DNA of 63,983 nucleotides, counting the filler, from Dirinaria sp. TL-2023a (Eukaryota), in assembly GCA_051941275.1 (NCBI GenBank). It is 3 parts of 3 records of this genome, joined end to end, with 100 filler letters (N's around TTAATTAATTAA, not from the genome) between each part and the next. Parts side by side here need not be neighbours in the genome. Positions count along the whole stretch, not along the records: positions 1 to 21,606 come from JAVEBF010000249.1; 2 more parts are not named here. One strand, 5' to 3'. The notes under the pieces were generated by a model. It did not search any database. It was given only the letters and a program-made list of their open reading frames with translations, and had not been told where the DNA came from. The position numbers and the translations under genes were made by a program. Each line of letters starts with the position of its first letter. The stretch's first letter is position 1. Shown in pieces: positions 1-13,438 of the stretch.

Positions 1-3000
1 CCCAACTCCAACTGCCGCATCCACAACCCCATCCACTGCTCGTTGACCGCCGTCAAAGACCGTAGAGAAGGGCTGCTCGCAGCCGTGAGCCGCGTATCTA
101 ACACGGTCTGCGATGCAGGATCCGTGGATGCGAGTTCGGAGAAGAAGGGGAGGAGTTTGAGAGCTTTATTATTTTCGTTGGAAGGAGAGGAGGAGGAAGA
201 AGAAGAAGAAGAAGAAGAAGAAGAAGAAGAGTGGGATTGAAGAGCCGAGAGCCAGGATTTTAGGGGTATAGTGGTGCATTTCGGGGATGAACCTAGGATC
301 TTCTGGATTGTAGGGAGGAGAGTTGACCATGTTGTTGGTCGCGGGTTGACGATGTGGTATACTTCTAACGATGTCTCGTTTTCTTGGGTATGAGGTTGAG
401 CGTTAGACAGTAAGAGTTCGACGAGGATCGAGGATACAATGTCGATCGGCACCCAATCGATACGCTCCATGCTTCCCAATGTTTCCGGGAGTGTGCCCAG
501 TTCCTGCGAGGTGGAGAGCAGGCTGGGAACCCATTCCGAGGCGTTCCATTTGCCGCCGTCTTTCAGATGCACAGGGCCCGCGATCTGGCCGATTCGGCAG
601 ACGGTTGCGCGGATGTGGCACATACTGCTCGCTTCGGAGAGGAGGATTTCGGACACGAGTTTCGAAAGCGCGTAGCCCATCGTCGCTGCGGTGGAGAAGT
701 CCCGGATCGGGGTTTCCGGCACGGGACCCTTGAGACTGGTGTCCCAGCGCGAGACGGTGCTTATGCTTGATGCGAAGAGGATTTTGGCGCTGTAGCGCGA
801 TTTGGCGGATAATTTGATTAGTTCGAGCACGCCTTGGAGGTGGGATTGGGAGTAGTAGGTGAAGGGGAGGTTGAAGTCGACTTGCCATGCGTTGTGGATG
901 ATGTGTGTTGCGTTTTGGAGGAGGTGGTCGTGGTCTTGGGTTCGTAGCCCGAGATTCGGTTGAGAAAAATCCGCTTGAAGGAATTTTACATGGTGGAGAG
1001 GGGTGCTGAGACCGCGGCTGGAAAATGAGGCTCTCTGTTTCTCAACCGCGTCGGGCGAACGGTTTAGGCAGATTACTGAATTGACTGATTTGGTTTTGAG
1101 CAAGGTGTGCAGGATGTAGGAACCTAGTGATCCGGTCGAGCCGGTGAGGACAATACATGTTTTGTCTGGTGTCGTGACCGGTGTTTCGGAGTCCAGTCGA
1201 GGAAGTGCGTGGATGAGATTGCTCAAGGATACCTCTGCGTCATGGACTTGCTGATTCTGAGCACCAGTATCCTTGCTATCGTTCGTATGGTGTAACATAG
1301 ACCAAAGAGCGTCTGCTAGTCGCGATGGAGTCGGATTGGCGTATATCAGCCTTTGCAATTCTGGTTGCTGGACATCGCTCTTCGCGGTGCTTAGAGCACT
1401 CCGCAGACTTCGACTGAGTTTGACAACATGCATCGAGTCAAAGCCATTATTGAATAGGAGATCCTCTCGGCCTATCGACTTCTGTGGAGCGGTCTTTTCA
1501 ATAAGACAATAGATAGCCTGTTCCATGCTCTTCCTATCCTCCCATTGTACGGATATGTCAAAATCAGTGGAATCTTCAGACTCCATGGATTCGTATAGTT
1601 TATTGATCTCTTCTTCGTACTGCTTTGTAGACATCTGACGCTGGATGGTACCTTTTGGTAGCCTCGAGAACGGTTTCTCTCTGGTAGCAAACAGCACGTA
1701 TTCTTTCATCAGTCGTCCGTGCGAAGGAGCGCGAGTGTTTGCTTCCTCAATATATCTCCAGACGCTGTCTAACCTCTCAAGGTGAGATTCCTGCCACAAT
1801 TCTGAGTCGTCCAACAATTCAATGAGTATTGCTGGCTGGAATTTGCCGGAGCCTACGACAATAGCGGATTTTACATCCGGACAGGTCGAAACTTGGCGCT
1901 CCATGTCTATCGGATTGATCTTCTCTCCATTAGATAGAACAATCACGTCGTCTACACGGCCACGATAGATCCACCCGTCCTCTACGCCAAGAGGACGAGA
2001 ATACAAATCACGCATTGGGTACTCCCCTTCCTCGGAGAAGGTACTGGGAAGTCCGTTCCATGGAGCTTGAGGATCATCCCTTGTAATGACCATCTCATAC
2101 AAATCGTCCAAATGATGGCGGAAACGGCATCCAATTCGAGGGTGAAAGCGATGAATTTTCCAATCCTCATCTTTCGCTGGAAGTACTTCCGGCAAAGCAC
2201 CGACTTCGGTCGAGCCGACCACATCCACCAGTCGTGACTTTGTGGCGATGGCGTCGCCTGCCTTGTTGTCTAAAGTGCCACCACCGAAAAGCACAAAGTC
2301 AAGGGATGAGATACGCTCCAGGGCAGGCACGAATTTATAAGCATCCTCAAGGACTGACGGCGGCACAACGCATCCTGAGGCGTTTCCGTGTTTGATCATA
2401 GCCTCCAGCTTCCCAGCGTCAGGCGGCTGCTCCGAGGGGCCAAAAACGAACGTCGTGTTCAGAAATACTCCCGAAGCCAGGCCATGTCCGATGAGCCCTG
2501 CTGCCTACGAAGAATTAGCCTTTATTCTAGGAATAAGTCAACAAGCAAGAGATGGGAATTGGTAAACCTACATGAAAAGACGGCATGAATGACAGAACTC
2601 TTTTATTTTCGAGCAGGCTTGTTGAGGTATCTTAGCCGCCCACAGGTGGCAGGAAGTGGTATTTGTCCACAGCTGCCATGTGTTCATGTGTGATGACAAT
2701 AGGTTTTGGGATGCCTGTCGACCCTGAAGTATGTAGTACCGCAATAGGGTCTTTCGAGGCCTTCTCCCATGTCTCCGTAAAGGGGTATTGATCGACCTCC
2801 GTGTCCTTGAAGCAATCCTCTAGGCTTGGGATCTCAAGGACTTGCATATCAAGTCTGCTCGTGATACCCTCGATGTCGGTTCCTGGCGCAACAAGAAATT
2901 TGCAGCATCGTGTATTTTGCAAAAGTGTGACATGGCCATCTAAGCTATTTCTTGGAGACGGGAAGAAGGCCTCACGTTTCCATTAGCAGCATTTGGAGGA

Positions 3001-3311
3001 AGAGACGGATTTTGGGATACCTTGTACCCCACTTTCGCCGCCACGATGCAGACCACGTAATACCGTACATCTGGTGGTCCCAAGTATGCCACGGTCTCAT
3101 GATCTTCACTCTTGCCAACCGCTTTCTCCAGCCACCAAGCCATGCGGTTGATGGAATTGGCAAGGCACCGATACGAGAGATCTCGAAAGCCATCCTCCAT
3201 GACTTGCGTTTCCGGCAGGGAAACCCACGGCCTGTCTGGGCTTTGAGCAGCAATTTCATCTATAAGCGACGGAAGGAGACGTCTGCCGTATGAGATTTCA
3301 CTTGGAGCCAT
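1..3311 (-). pseudogene. NRPS-like A-T-R enzyme (carboxylic acid reductase type), 3' end just off the window edge, with one in-frame TAA at 2632-2634
   Basis: Manual splicing gives 3 exons (introns about 2971-3020 and 2505-2570). The A domain has AVLHTSGSTGIPKPI, GSTE and YRGRVDDVIVLSNGEKINP, the T domain NGFDSM, and the R domain VLTGSTGSLGSYIL, IIHNAWQVDFN, GYALSK and RIGQIAG. The last exon is open to base 1 (..WMRQLEL). Exon 2 reads LPPVGG*DTSTSLLENKRVLSFMPSFH. Confidence 0.8.
187..231. repeat. (GAG)3(GAA)11GAG microsatellite, encoding poly-Ser in the NRPS-like R domain
   Basis: Directly visible; in frame with the minus-strand gene. Confidence 0.9.
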
Positions 3312-5324
3312 GGCTAAAAGTTTTGAATAAGAAAGAACTAGGATAACGAAAATTGAAGTTATCCAGGACGTAGAACAAACTCAAAACATGAGATATCTAG
3401 GTAGACTGTGACAAAAATGAGTCATCTCAAGAAGACATTATTTATTGACTGAAGACTTTACGAATGCGACATCACAGGAGAGACTGTGGCTTGGTGGCCA
3501 ATAAAGAGCCCTGGCATCCATTTTCGCCATCTCAATGTCTCATTGAACTGATAACCGTCTGTGAAGCTTAGACTTTATATGAAAGGAGCTAATGGAGTTG
3601 AGGGTGTGCCGAAATTGGTCGGTACTGCCGATTTATGATGGTCCTCTTACACCCGAACACACCGGACTTCTCCGAAGTGCAAGGGGGGCCAATCACCAGC
3701 CAAGGGAGACGCTGGGTGCCACAAGAAGGCAATTAAAAGAAATCTGACCGAAAGCTCTAGTATCACTTTTTTGGGCATAAAGTTAGAAAAGGGTGTTCAA
3801 GCGAGGTTTCCACGGGGTCATCATGGGATAAAGCTCTGGGATGTTGGTGAGGTGGATGATTGCCTGATAGAACGTCTTGGCACGGCTAAGGGGCATTGGT
3901 TAGATGCCGAGACACCTCATGGATGGCAACCTGTAATGTCGTTATCTCTATCTTGGTGTCTTGTATGCGCACGTGTCGTTGCGTAAGCATGCCCATCTCA
4001 GATAGCCAATGTGAGACGGCATAAGAGTTCTAGGCAAATCCCTTTGAATGAGGAGGAAGGGTCGGTGGCAATGGGAGGGACCTCAAAGCCCTCCTGATCG
4101 ACTTCCTAGGCCTGCTCATAACTTGAGTCACTGATTTCCGAAGGCTTCCTCCTTGATTAATGAGCCCGGACTCTTATTCTGAGAGAATGACTTCTCAATC
4201 CTGACCATACGCCGGTCTTTGGGGCGTCTGCCAGCCTGCTTTGATCAAAATTTTCTTAGTCTACGAGCGAGGCCGATTGTCTCCGCAGCAATATTGCGAC
4301 AAAGGTATTGAGGCTCATTGAAGAAGGAGATGCGCACATCTAAAGCGATCGTCATAGAAGTCGTTGAGTTGTCCCACAAATCGGATACGGTACAGTCCGT
4401 ACCACGAAATTGACAGATAGCAGAGAGAGACTGAAGGAAAAATGAGCGTATCATGTATTTAGCATGCGCTAATAGCGAGAACATCAGATGATGTAGGCTA
4501 GCGCACGCCAAATACATGGTACTTGAAAACATCTCCCTGGTCGCCTCACTTCTTGGGTCAGGCTTACCAATCGAAGCACCAATTGCAGAACCGATCCGAT
4601 GGTTTGGCGATGCATTCCTCCCTGTGATGTGGAGTTTGACCTGTTTTCTAACTTCATTGGATGAAATTAAGTAAACATTCGAGCGATGCCAATTTCCCAT
4701 TTTTAACAAACGTAGAGTCTAACAAACCAAGAAAAGAAACGAAAGATACTTATCAAAATGAAGCCGTCAATATCCATCGATATCCCTACGCAATTAGCAC
4801 AAAGCATCTCTATAGTGACAGTCACTCAGCAATTGCGACTGGTGAGATCGAACCCAGGCGCTCATTGTGATGATGCTCAAGCCTGCAAACTTTTCCAAGT
4901 GAAAACCACCCACCATCAAACAACTATACAGCTGTGACCCGAAACTAAAAGCTTGCTAGGCAGTCTCTGCATAATATTTGCTACCATACGCTTCTGGCGC
5001 ATTGTAGCGTAGGTGCTGGTGCTTCACAGATGTCATTTTCTGGGTGTTTTAGGCTGAAAGGTGATGTCTTCATTCGTGGTATAAGATGGTGAAAAATATA
5101 GACGGCTTGATACTGAGACTTTTTGAGCTTGATCGACTCCGCGATGTCTATATTTGACTCGCAACAAGAGAATGCGAACGAGGAAAGCGAACGAGAATAG
5201 TGAACTTAGCAGTGTCCCAGCGTCTTGAGTGACATCACGACTTGTCTCCATGCTTCGAGGAGCTGAAGGATGACAATAATTCCGAGCAGCGACCCGCTCC
5301 TCATACGGCCCTCCACCCTTCAGC

Positions 5325-5852
5325 TCACATCCTCTTCCTCAACAACGTTGTCAAATCCTCTCTCGGCTCCCTCCATCCCTGCGGTATATCCTGGCCATTG
5401 TGAAATCGCGAGTCCATAAACGCCTTAAACCAATCCTTCAAACTCTCAAACGTAGCCCACTTGCTGAACTTGAGAAACCTGATCCGAAAATCCGCCAAGG
5501 CCATCTGCAATTCCAATTCCAGCTCAGGCCCCTGGGGACTGGCCATGATACACACAATCTGCCCATAAATTTCGAAGCAGTAGAGGAGGTGCGCGACGTC
5601 GGAGAAGTCGAGGGGGGAAACGTCTTGGCGGCCGACGTCCAGCCAGATCAGGCCATTCGCGCCGACTGTGCCGCGGAAGATCTTGGTAAGGTAGACCAGC
5701 TCGATGTTGGGAAAGCGGTCGTAAATGAGAGGAAGGGTGGAGTCGAAGTCGGTGGTGCGGAATGAGGATCGATGGTCTTCGGGAGAGGAGACGTCGATGG
5801 GAGGAGGTTCGAGGGGTTCAGCAAGGCGGGGCATGGTCGGGTAGGATGACAT
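5325..5852 (-). CDS. Hypothetical protein (about 175 aa, single exon)
   Basis: Uninterrupted ORF from ATG 5852 (MSSYPTMPRL..) with globular, protein-like composition. Confidence 0.65.
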   Translation of the reverse strand: MSSYPTMPRLAEPLEPPPIDVSSPEDHRSSFRTTDFDSTLPLIYDRFPNIELVYLTKIFRGTVGANGLIWLDVGRQDVSPLDFSDVAHLLYCFEIYGQIVCIMASPQGPELELELQMALADFRIRFLKFSKWATFESLKDWFKAFMDSRFHNGQDIPQGWREPREDLTTLLRKRM

Positions 5853-7038
5853 GATTGGGTCGAGGCGGGCAGACGTTTCGAATGAAGTCTCTGAAGAGAA
5901 CTTATATAGTATACAGGACAATTAATGAACTGGGCGAGTACGAAAGTAAGATGGGGGAGTACACTTGAAATAGGTATGCCCAAAGTTTTGGCTAGCACGA
6001 TTAGCGGCCTTGAACAGAGCGATCAACGAAGATCACCCGAGGGACTAGTTAAGCGTGTTAGAATGATCAACTAGACGATCCAATTTGCTCGCTCTCTGGA
6101 GCGCATCTCTATTTGCTCCTAAAAGTGCACCTGTACCGACCCTCACGACTTCTGTCAGCTCAGTCTTGGATATTAGTGCAGACCTTGGTGGAGAACTTCA
6201 AGCTGTGTACGACACCTCCAACATCATCGAGCTTTCCTGGTGTTTGATATCAGATTCACAGATCATGTTTATGACAATTCCGGCTACGTCTCTGTCTTAC
6301 TGCACATGAAAAGAGCATAAAATTCCACTGACGAAAATTACACCTGGACCTCAGCTTTAGTACGGAGCGACTTTACTCATAAGTTTGATTAAATGCATAT
6401 CAAATACCTCGAAATGACATCTTTTATTCTTTCCGACAACATCTACTGCGTCAGAATTAAAGATCGAATCATCCATGTGCTCTGAGTTCTAGGATGCCCT
6501 GCAGTTTTGTAATCATATGCGCCTCACCCGCTGTGTAACCATTGAAAGACTTCAAAGCGACACCACAAACGCCGCAAATTGTGTCACGTTTGATCAGCGT
6601 CTCGAGGCAGTCGTTCTAATTAGCGCTGCAAGAATAAGGTAGTCTTAGATCTGGCTCCCTGATCAAGTTATTCTCTGTCAGGCATGGCTTGAATTATCCC
6701 CGATGTTCTTCATTATTCCAAAATGTGTATTCTGGCCCATCATTTCATTGGTTTCCTTGCCATAATACTGTGAATGGGACTGATTTTCACTCGACGAACA
6801 CTTCTGAACTTATTTGTAGGAATGCTGATAGAGTAGCGTTGAACATAGCAGATTTGGTAGTCTGAGATTATTACATTAGCCGAGCCTACTATGTAGTCTT
6901 CACGACAGCAGGCAGTCGCTAACTCTCGCTTGGGCTCCCACTATTAATGCCTCTCAAGCAATGAGCTGTCCGTATGTGACAGTATTTTTGTCAATTCCCT
7001 TTCGAGTACCTTCATTGAGGTGACAACACCGATTTGGA

Positions 7039-9468
7039 CTATTTCTGCTGCGCCTCTCCGATCTTTTTCGCCGTCGGCGCTGTGACGGCAATCGCACTCT
7101 CCATCCTCTCCAAGGATATCTGGTAGCCCTTGCAAATACACCAGGTCCTAGCCGTCTTCACGGCGTTCTTAATCTCTCGGCCATTCAGCTCCCAAGCAGC
7201 CAACTGCTGAATTTCCGCGATTTCAAGTCGTCGGAACGTTGGGACTTTAGATGAGGTTGGCTCGGTTGCAGGAACTTCGGTTGGAAGTAGTAGGCGGTCC
7301 AAGAACTTTTGCCAAAGCTGCGCACGATACGTGAATGATAGCGGCGAGAAGAACAGGTGGATGTTGACCCGAGAGCGAAAGGCAAGATCGATCGTGGAAG
7401 ACAGATTGGTGGTTAAAAAGATGATGCCCTTGAAATACTCGAGCTCACGGAGAAAGACTTGAATTTGTTAATCTGAAGGGTAACGAAGGAAGAATTTTTG
7501 GGAAGGGGGGGGGAAAGTGATAGCCGCTTACTGGATACAAGCTCATTACGCGCTATGTCCGCATATGAACGCTCCGCCATGAAGACGTCGGCTTCTTGGG
7601 TCTGGATTAGCTATGCCGTGTTTTTCATCCCTGTTTCATACATACCATCTAATAGGATCACGGCATTCCACTCGGTCGCCATTTCAAAAACTTTCTTCAC
7701 TTTCTCTCCAAGTAAATCTGCCTTAGTGCCAAGCTCCTCAGCGTGTAAATAGTAAAGGGGCCGTCTTGTCCGGTCAGCCACTGCTTCTGCCAGCAAGGTC
7801 TTCCCAGTACCCGGAGGACCAGATAGCAGAGATATAAGACCTTGGCCTTTGCCTACAATAACATCATCCAGCCCCGCCTTTGTACGTTGATGATTTTCAA
7901 CGAATGTCAAAACGAGGTCTTTTTGCCCCTCTGGATATACCAGATGCTCGTACGCTTCGTCGTTCCACTTGAGCGGTCTTGTATCATCAACGTAGAATTT
8001 GACTGTCAGGGATTTAGCGTTACACAGAATAAGCAATGATGATGCGAGACAACCCACGCCAGACTTTATCTCCCATAGCAAATCCATGCAGCATAGGAGA
8101 CACAAAGATGAGATCTTTCTTCCGTTCCAGCATGGCTGTCTTGTTAGCCTGCTGCTCTTTCGCGCTCAGAGGCTTGATGTAAGCGCCTTCTTCGGTTGTG
8201 TTCGAATCTCCATGTTCGCTAGACTTCTTGAGTCTTTGAAGACCTAGATGGTGTTTCGCATATCCATGAAAGTCGATAAGAACCCGTCCAGCAATCTGTA
8301 AACATGTCAGTGCATCTAGGTGAAAAATCTGACTCTATATCTCTCGATGCCACGTAAAAGCTGGGGAAATTCATATCTCCATGATCTGTAGTATCCCTTA
8401 AGATAAACAAAGCCACAAAAAGTCAAAGTAGAACTTAAGGAAAAACACCGTGTATTCAAATATGGATATAGGTATGCTTGCGGAACGGTAACCTACATTA
8501 TACTTTCGACATTTCTCATCCAGGCCTGTGCCAATGTAGTCACGGTACTCCAAGCCTTGGTAGTCAAGAATCTTCTCCCCTCGAATAGCCAATCGAGCCT
8601 TTAAGCTCTCAGCATTGCTGAAGAATTGAAGAGGGTAATGAGGGAGACTTGTAATAGGAACGTTTCCACCAAATGCTGGGATCTTAAGGGTGATTGTCTC
8701 CCATTCGAAGGCCACGCCGGTGAAGACTATGTGTTCGCTCGAAATCTCCAAGCGCTGGCCTTCAGCATCACATCGATATGCAGTATCTAATACGCGGAAG
8801 AGTCGCTCGCAGTCTTCCGCGCCACAGAACAGAATAGAGCCCCTAGGGAAATAAGTCCACGCCAGCTTGTATTTAATCAGTTGACTGCGACGTAGATTCT
8901 GCAGCTTTCTTTTCATGCCATCAAATAAGTCCATCATCAGCCGAGTAAGCAAGCCCAGGTGCTCGCTGAAGACGATATCTTTTGCAGCCTTATCGTGGAG
9001 GGCGAATATCTTATCATAGCAGAAATACAACGGTTTGAAGGGCTCGATGAATTTTGCAGTGTCATGCTCATCCAGGAAAATGCCAACCTCTTCAACGATT
9101 GGTTTCAGAGCTGTCACCAGGAGTGGACTCTGAATCTCGATTGAGTGTACCTTTAGCGGAGTTCGGCCCCCAATAGTAGTTTGTTCAGGGTCTTTAACCT
9201 TATACAGCTTGATTGCAACCCTGTCGTATGCTCTGGCGGTTTTTTCTTTTAACTGTTTAGGTGGAGTCTCCACCCAGTTATAGTGGCCATCTCCACTGCC
9301 TTTGCCTTCATAGAGCGTCTTGATGATGGGGCTGGTCCCGAAATTAGGATCTTTTTCCTGCGCTGATGGGGATGAAGCCGTCGATAAGTCGTCAAGTTTT
9401 TCTGAGATGAAGGCTTGGGCATTTTGAGTGGAATTGGCTGCACGCCTGAATATACTTTTCATTACCAT
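7039..9468 (-). CDS. Fungal AAA+ ATPase with a long N-terminal domain (multi-exon)
   Basis: Walker A GPPGTGKT; Walker B VILLDE|ADVF across an intron; LEYFKGIIFLTTN, IDLAFRSRV and LNGREIKN motifs; GT-AG introns join the ORF pieces. Confidence 0.9.
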
Positions 9469-10793
9469 CCTGAGCAAAGATTGTCGTTGATGGAAAGTGT
9501 TTGAAACAGCTCTTCTTTCCTTAGCTGCTGACGTGTGCCAAATGATTGCAGGAGTGAACGAGCTTTAAGACCTTGGGAAAACACTCAAGGACAGACAGAA
9601 TAATGAGACAACGCTGCCTAAATCGTGAGGCGGTGTTCGAAGCTTTGTATGCGGGGAGTCCTGCAGGCTTTTAACAAGGCTGGATCGTGTCTCTGCGCTA
9701 GTTAAATGGAAATTCAGACACTACTTATCCTAACAGCACCGAAAGGTGTTTTTACAAACTAGCCGCATTGCTGCCTAAGTCGCGAGTCCTTCGCTTGAGG
9801 GCGATTCCGATCTAGCCCCATTTTCGCTCAAGATTACTGCAACAGCGAGCATCTGAAATCGGACGAATTGAATTAATGTGTCAAATTTTGGTCGCCAGGA
9901 TCAGATTGTGCGGCTGTGCGCTGTATCTCGTATGATCAAGTCCACAGTTGCCTAGGGACATCTTGGCAAGCTTTGACCCTAATTCGACCAAGGCGATACA
10001 GGAGCCTGATCTTAGCGCGAGAACGGCGCAGTTGATTCAGAGCCAAAGGTATTTACGTAGCCTGGTTTTGTTGGTGGTCGATCAGGTAAATTACCTACAG
10101 GTAGAGATAGCCAACTTTGAGCGCGACGACGAGTCAGTCCTAAGGTACCTTAGCCAACCGCATTCACCGGAAAAGGGTTGCACTAAGCCTATTTAAGGTT
10201 TAACAACGTGTCCTGTTCGAACTCCGGTACATAATCCGATTCGGTCGTAAAAGGGGTTCTTAACCTATTGACGATTAAAAATTGTACGGCTGATCAGACT
10301 TCCACCAATCATGCTAGTCAATCATATTGAATTCGACGAAGAGAACATTCATCCCAGTGATAGAGGATATTAGCAACAGTGCTCACAAGAAGAAACCTTT
10401 ATCTTACTATGTTCAAAATTGGCTTGGCTTAGCAGCGCATACTTTGGAAGGTGAATTCAACATTCAAAGGTCGGGCGATCACAGGATGAGGTTGGCATTT
10501 ATTATACATGAATAGGACAGCGAAATCTTGTCTTTAAAAATGGCAGAGCACTGCTAGGAGTCCCTGGCTAAGGATCCTGTCTAACTTCTAGGATAATCGT
10601 CAGGAGTCGTTGAGGATTACGGGCTTGATGAGTTTACGAATCCCAGGCAATAAATCCAATGACAGTAGTAAATACTGATCGGTCTCACGAGCAAAGCAGG
10701 GAAATCAGAGCACGCACAGAAAATGTACAAATTCGTTCATCATCAGTTCCCGTTTTCCGTCTGTAACCTAGCCCCAAAATCGCCAGCATCACT

Positions 10794-11528
10794 CTACTCG
10801 CCCTCATCCGAACCTGCAAATCCACCAAGCAGAGCTCCACCACTCACAGGCACGGAATTGATCGGCTTGGCGGACAGGCCGCCCAGACTCTGAACATGCT
10901 CCGCGGCAGCGGCGTCAGACGTATCAGCTGCAAGCTGAGGATCTGGATGGTTGAAACTCTCGTCGGTCGAACTTCCCACACCGAAATAGTTGGGCGGACC
11001 GAGCGCAAATCTCGGATAATTGATGTCCACCGCCTGGCCCATCTTCCCATTGTTGGTATTGAATTGGTCGTTGATAGTTCCGCCAATACATCCGGCGTTG
11101 AATCCTACATTAGTGGTCTCTGCGCACCCTTGAAGCCTTGCAAATGCAGCCATGCAGTCACCAAATACCATTGGCCCGGGAGCATTCTTGCCGTTGTTGG
11201 CGGCGGCATAGCAGTCGGCATTGGGACCGTTCGTGACGCCGGTGCCGGTTTGGTACCCGAAGCTGGTCATGTTTGAGGCGGCGACTTGCGCCAGAGTATT
11301 GCAAACTGCGATGATGGATTGCTGACAGTATTGCATGTTGACGCCGCCTCCAACGTATTCAGGGCATGTTCCTTGGTCGCTACCGCCGTCGTTCCAGTTA
11401 TAGAAGCAGGTCGGGTTTGTTGAGGAACCGGTGTTCACCCGTGGTAGGAGCACCAATGGAGAGGCTTTTGTGGCAAATGTATGTAGAAGAACGGGGAGGA
11501 GAGCAGTGAGAATATTGAGTTGATGCAT
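10794..11528 (-). CDS. Small secreted Cys/Gly/Asn-rich protein (244 aa)
   Basis: Signal-peptide-like start MHQLNILTALLPVLLHTFATKASPLVLLPR; 8 cysteines; single exon. Confidence 0.8.
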   Translation of the reverse strand: MHQLNILTALLPVLLHTFATKASPLVLLPRVNTGSSTNPTCFYNWNDGGSDQGTCPEYVGGGVNMQYCQQSIIAVCNTLAQVAASNMTSFGYQTGTGVTNGPNADCYAAANNGKNAPGPMVFGDCMAAFARLQGCAETTNVGFNAGCIGGTINDQFNTNNGKMGQAVDINYPRFALGPPNYFGVGSSTDESFNHPDPQLAADTSDAAAAEHVQSLGGLSAKPINSVPVSGGALLGGFAGSDEGE

Positions 11529-13438
11529 ATTGATTGGGTTTTCTATATCAGGCTGGAGCTGTAAGATGCCCAAAAAACTTGCTTTTTGCTGGCCTCGTAG
11601 ATGAATCGGATTTTTTTTGAGAGCCAGAGCGGTGGAGAGATCTTGGTCCTCGCTGCGCCCAAGGCCTTCTTATACTCGAGACTTTGATATATAAATTGGT
11701 GATGTTTGCCAATTTTCTTGCCATTTACACCGCATGGGTAAGAGGCATTGACGCTAAATGTACAAACACCACGGAAGTGAAATTATTCCATGAAACTCTC
11801 CAAGGCAGATTCTATACCCGCACATATAGGATCTCTTCTAGCAGTCAAACGTGTGCTATGACGGCATGATAACACGTCAAACAAAAACACCGCACGGCCA
11901 CAAATCGAATAGACGCGGCATAGAATATAACATTGAGCTTTAATGCTTAGCCAAAATGACCATCCTTAGCCGGAGAAAGCACCCGAGACTGGTGCCCGGC
12001 GATAATCATAGAGATCAGTGACTGTAGCCCAATTCTGCCTTGTCTCCAGGACGAGCCGACTCTCCGGTGCTAAACTAAGTCTCGCGTTTTGAAAGCTAAG
12101 CCCGAGAGAGAGGGTTTGGTGCCATGTACAAGTTTTGCTCATGCTACTCTATGCTTAGTTCACGTCGGAAAGAGAGACAAGTCTTGAAAAGCCTTGTGTG
12201 TGATTAAGTCAAGACCGAGTGAGCTTGAAATTGGGGCAAGAAGGAGAGGACTGGCCATTGAAAGGCCATACATACTTCATGCTGCCACATCAATAGGAGA
12301 AGCGTGCGCCAATGGAGGCTTAGCCTGAGAGCACGGCTCGGGGGAAGCCTTGGGCACAAAAGGCTGGCATCCCGTCCCGAGGAGCACTGGCCGCCATACA
12401 GATTACAGAATAATGAGGTTTGCGGAGAAAAGTCTGGCAAATGATACTAAATCATAGATGAAGCAAGCGGCGTTTCATAAGCGACCCGTTCTTTAGCGCG
12501 TTTCGCTAAGCCGGTGATATATTGGCTAATAATCCAAAATCCGTTTTTAGGCTGGCAATGGTGGTCAATAATGGAGTCGAAGCTACAGCGCTCGAAGGGT
12601 ATGGCCATCAGAGAAGGAATATCAAAAACATCATAGCTGGACATAAGTACTGCTTGGCATTCCCGCAAAAAATGGAGCAGAAATACCTACTGATGGAAAG
12701 TGTCTATATCAAATAGTTCAAAAGCGACCCTCGACGAGCGGAGATCAGACACGATGTCTCAGACGGTTCAGTGGCGTAAAGGCGCTTGTCCAAATAGATC
12801 TGCGGATAATGCTGATTCTGTCATAAGTCTTGGTGGCACGATCTGAACAACTTTTTCCTGCCATGGGCCGCATCATAGTAGAATGATCTTCTCTCGATCG
12901 GGCTCTCTACGGTGGAAGGTGGTGTTTCTGACGGGACTCTCCATATCAGGGTCTTCATTCTAGGGTGAATCTGGCGCCAGTTCGAGCCCTTGTTAAACCA
13001 TTAGATAGGGAGTACTACTCGTGATGTAAGAGGAAATGGGTTCATCAGGCAATTGCAATCATCTGAATTAGATAGAACAGACGGTTAGCTTGGTGCATTA
13101 AATGAAGAATAGGGCAGAACCCCCCAGATGCCAGGAGAAAAGCTACCGATATCCCTGAGACAATTATCCTCAACTTTTGGCACTACCGGCTTCACGAGCA
13201 GAGTGCGCATAAGTGCTTTGGTGCTCCATGCCGTGCAAAGTAGCCACGGTGGTGGCAGATCGATCGACCCCACAGGATCGCTCTGCATGATTTCGCAGTC
13301 GTTGCCCTGAAAGCCTTGATACCAACCAGCCAGAGCTACTAGTCTGGCTCCGCCATTTGCGCTCGAAAGTCCGTTGGCCCACGTTCTGCGAATCTTTGCG
13401 GGTTTCATGTCCTGTTCTGATCTTGTCTGAAAAGGCTG

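Noticed and set aside
43..240. Poly-Glu ORF on the + strand
   Set aside because: It is the antisense reading of the poly-Ser microsatellite inside the NRPS-like gene.
4245..4709. 154-aa ORF with ICQFRGTDC, a possible Zn2Cys6 remnant upstream of the NRPS-like gene
   Set aside because: The six-Cys pattern cannot be reconstructed and there is no convincing gene model.
12200..13408. Several short ORFs that might be a decayed gene
   Set aside because: No recognisable motif and frequent stops in all frames.
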